Source of the DNA: Octopus sinensis | Lineage: Eukaryota | Direction of reading: 5' to 3' | Assembly (NCBI RefSeq): GCF_006345805.1 | Contig: NC_043008.1 | Coordinates: 49,042,001 to 49,106,000 of the forward strand | DNA length: 64,000 nt | Shown here: positions 63,991-64,000 of the stretch, one piece after another | Layout of the letters: each line of letters starts with the position of its first letter | Position numbering within the stretch: position 1 is the first letter of the stretch | Made by a program: the position numbers and the translations under genes | Notes under the pieces: model-generated | Databases searched by the model: none | What the model was told of the DNA's origin: nothing | What the model saw: the letters and a program-made list of their open reading frames with translations, nothing else

Positions 63991-64000
63991 CTTACTTTAT

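Overview
Repeat-rich eukaryotic genomic window. The SINE, MITE and microsatellite content suggests a coleoid cephalopod such as Octopus (inference). The main gene is a 10-coding-exon + strand gene (14923-43033, about 1104 aa). All its GT-AG junctions are phase-consistent, and it encodes a CCPG1/PBXIP1-family type II ER membrane protein with an N-terminal WTYL LIR, FIR-like acidic motifs, one TM helix, a luminal coiled coil, the ELWKRLY motif and a Cys-rich tail. After a 100-N assembly gap lies an orphan terminal exon of an SLC6 transporter (55451-55558). There is also a decayed tRNA-Phe(GAA), plus mariner, piggyBac-like, CR1, R4/Dong and SINE fragments. The most unusual signal is at least 10 minimal type I hammerhead-ribozyme motifs from about five small repeat families, most with the palindromic helix III typical of Penelope-like-element and retrozyme hammerheads. 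These include a three-hammerhead cassette at 44961-45256, where two tandem sense motifs share an identical palindromic helix III and an antisense copy forms a roughly 105-bp hairpin. All calls were made by eye, without database searches or folding software.
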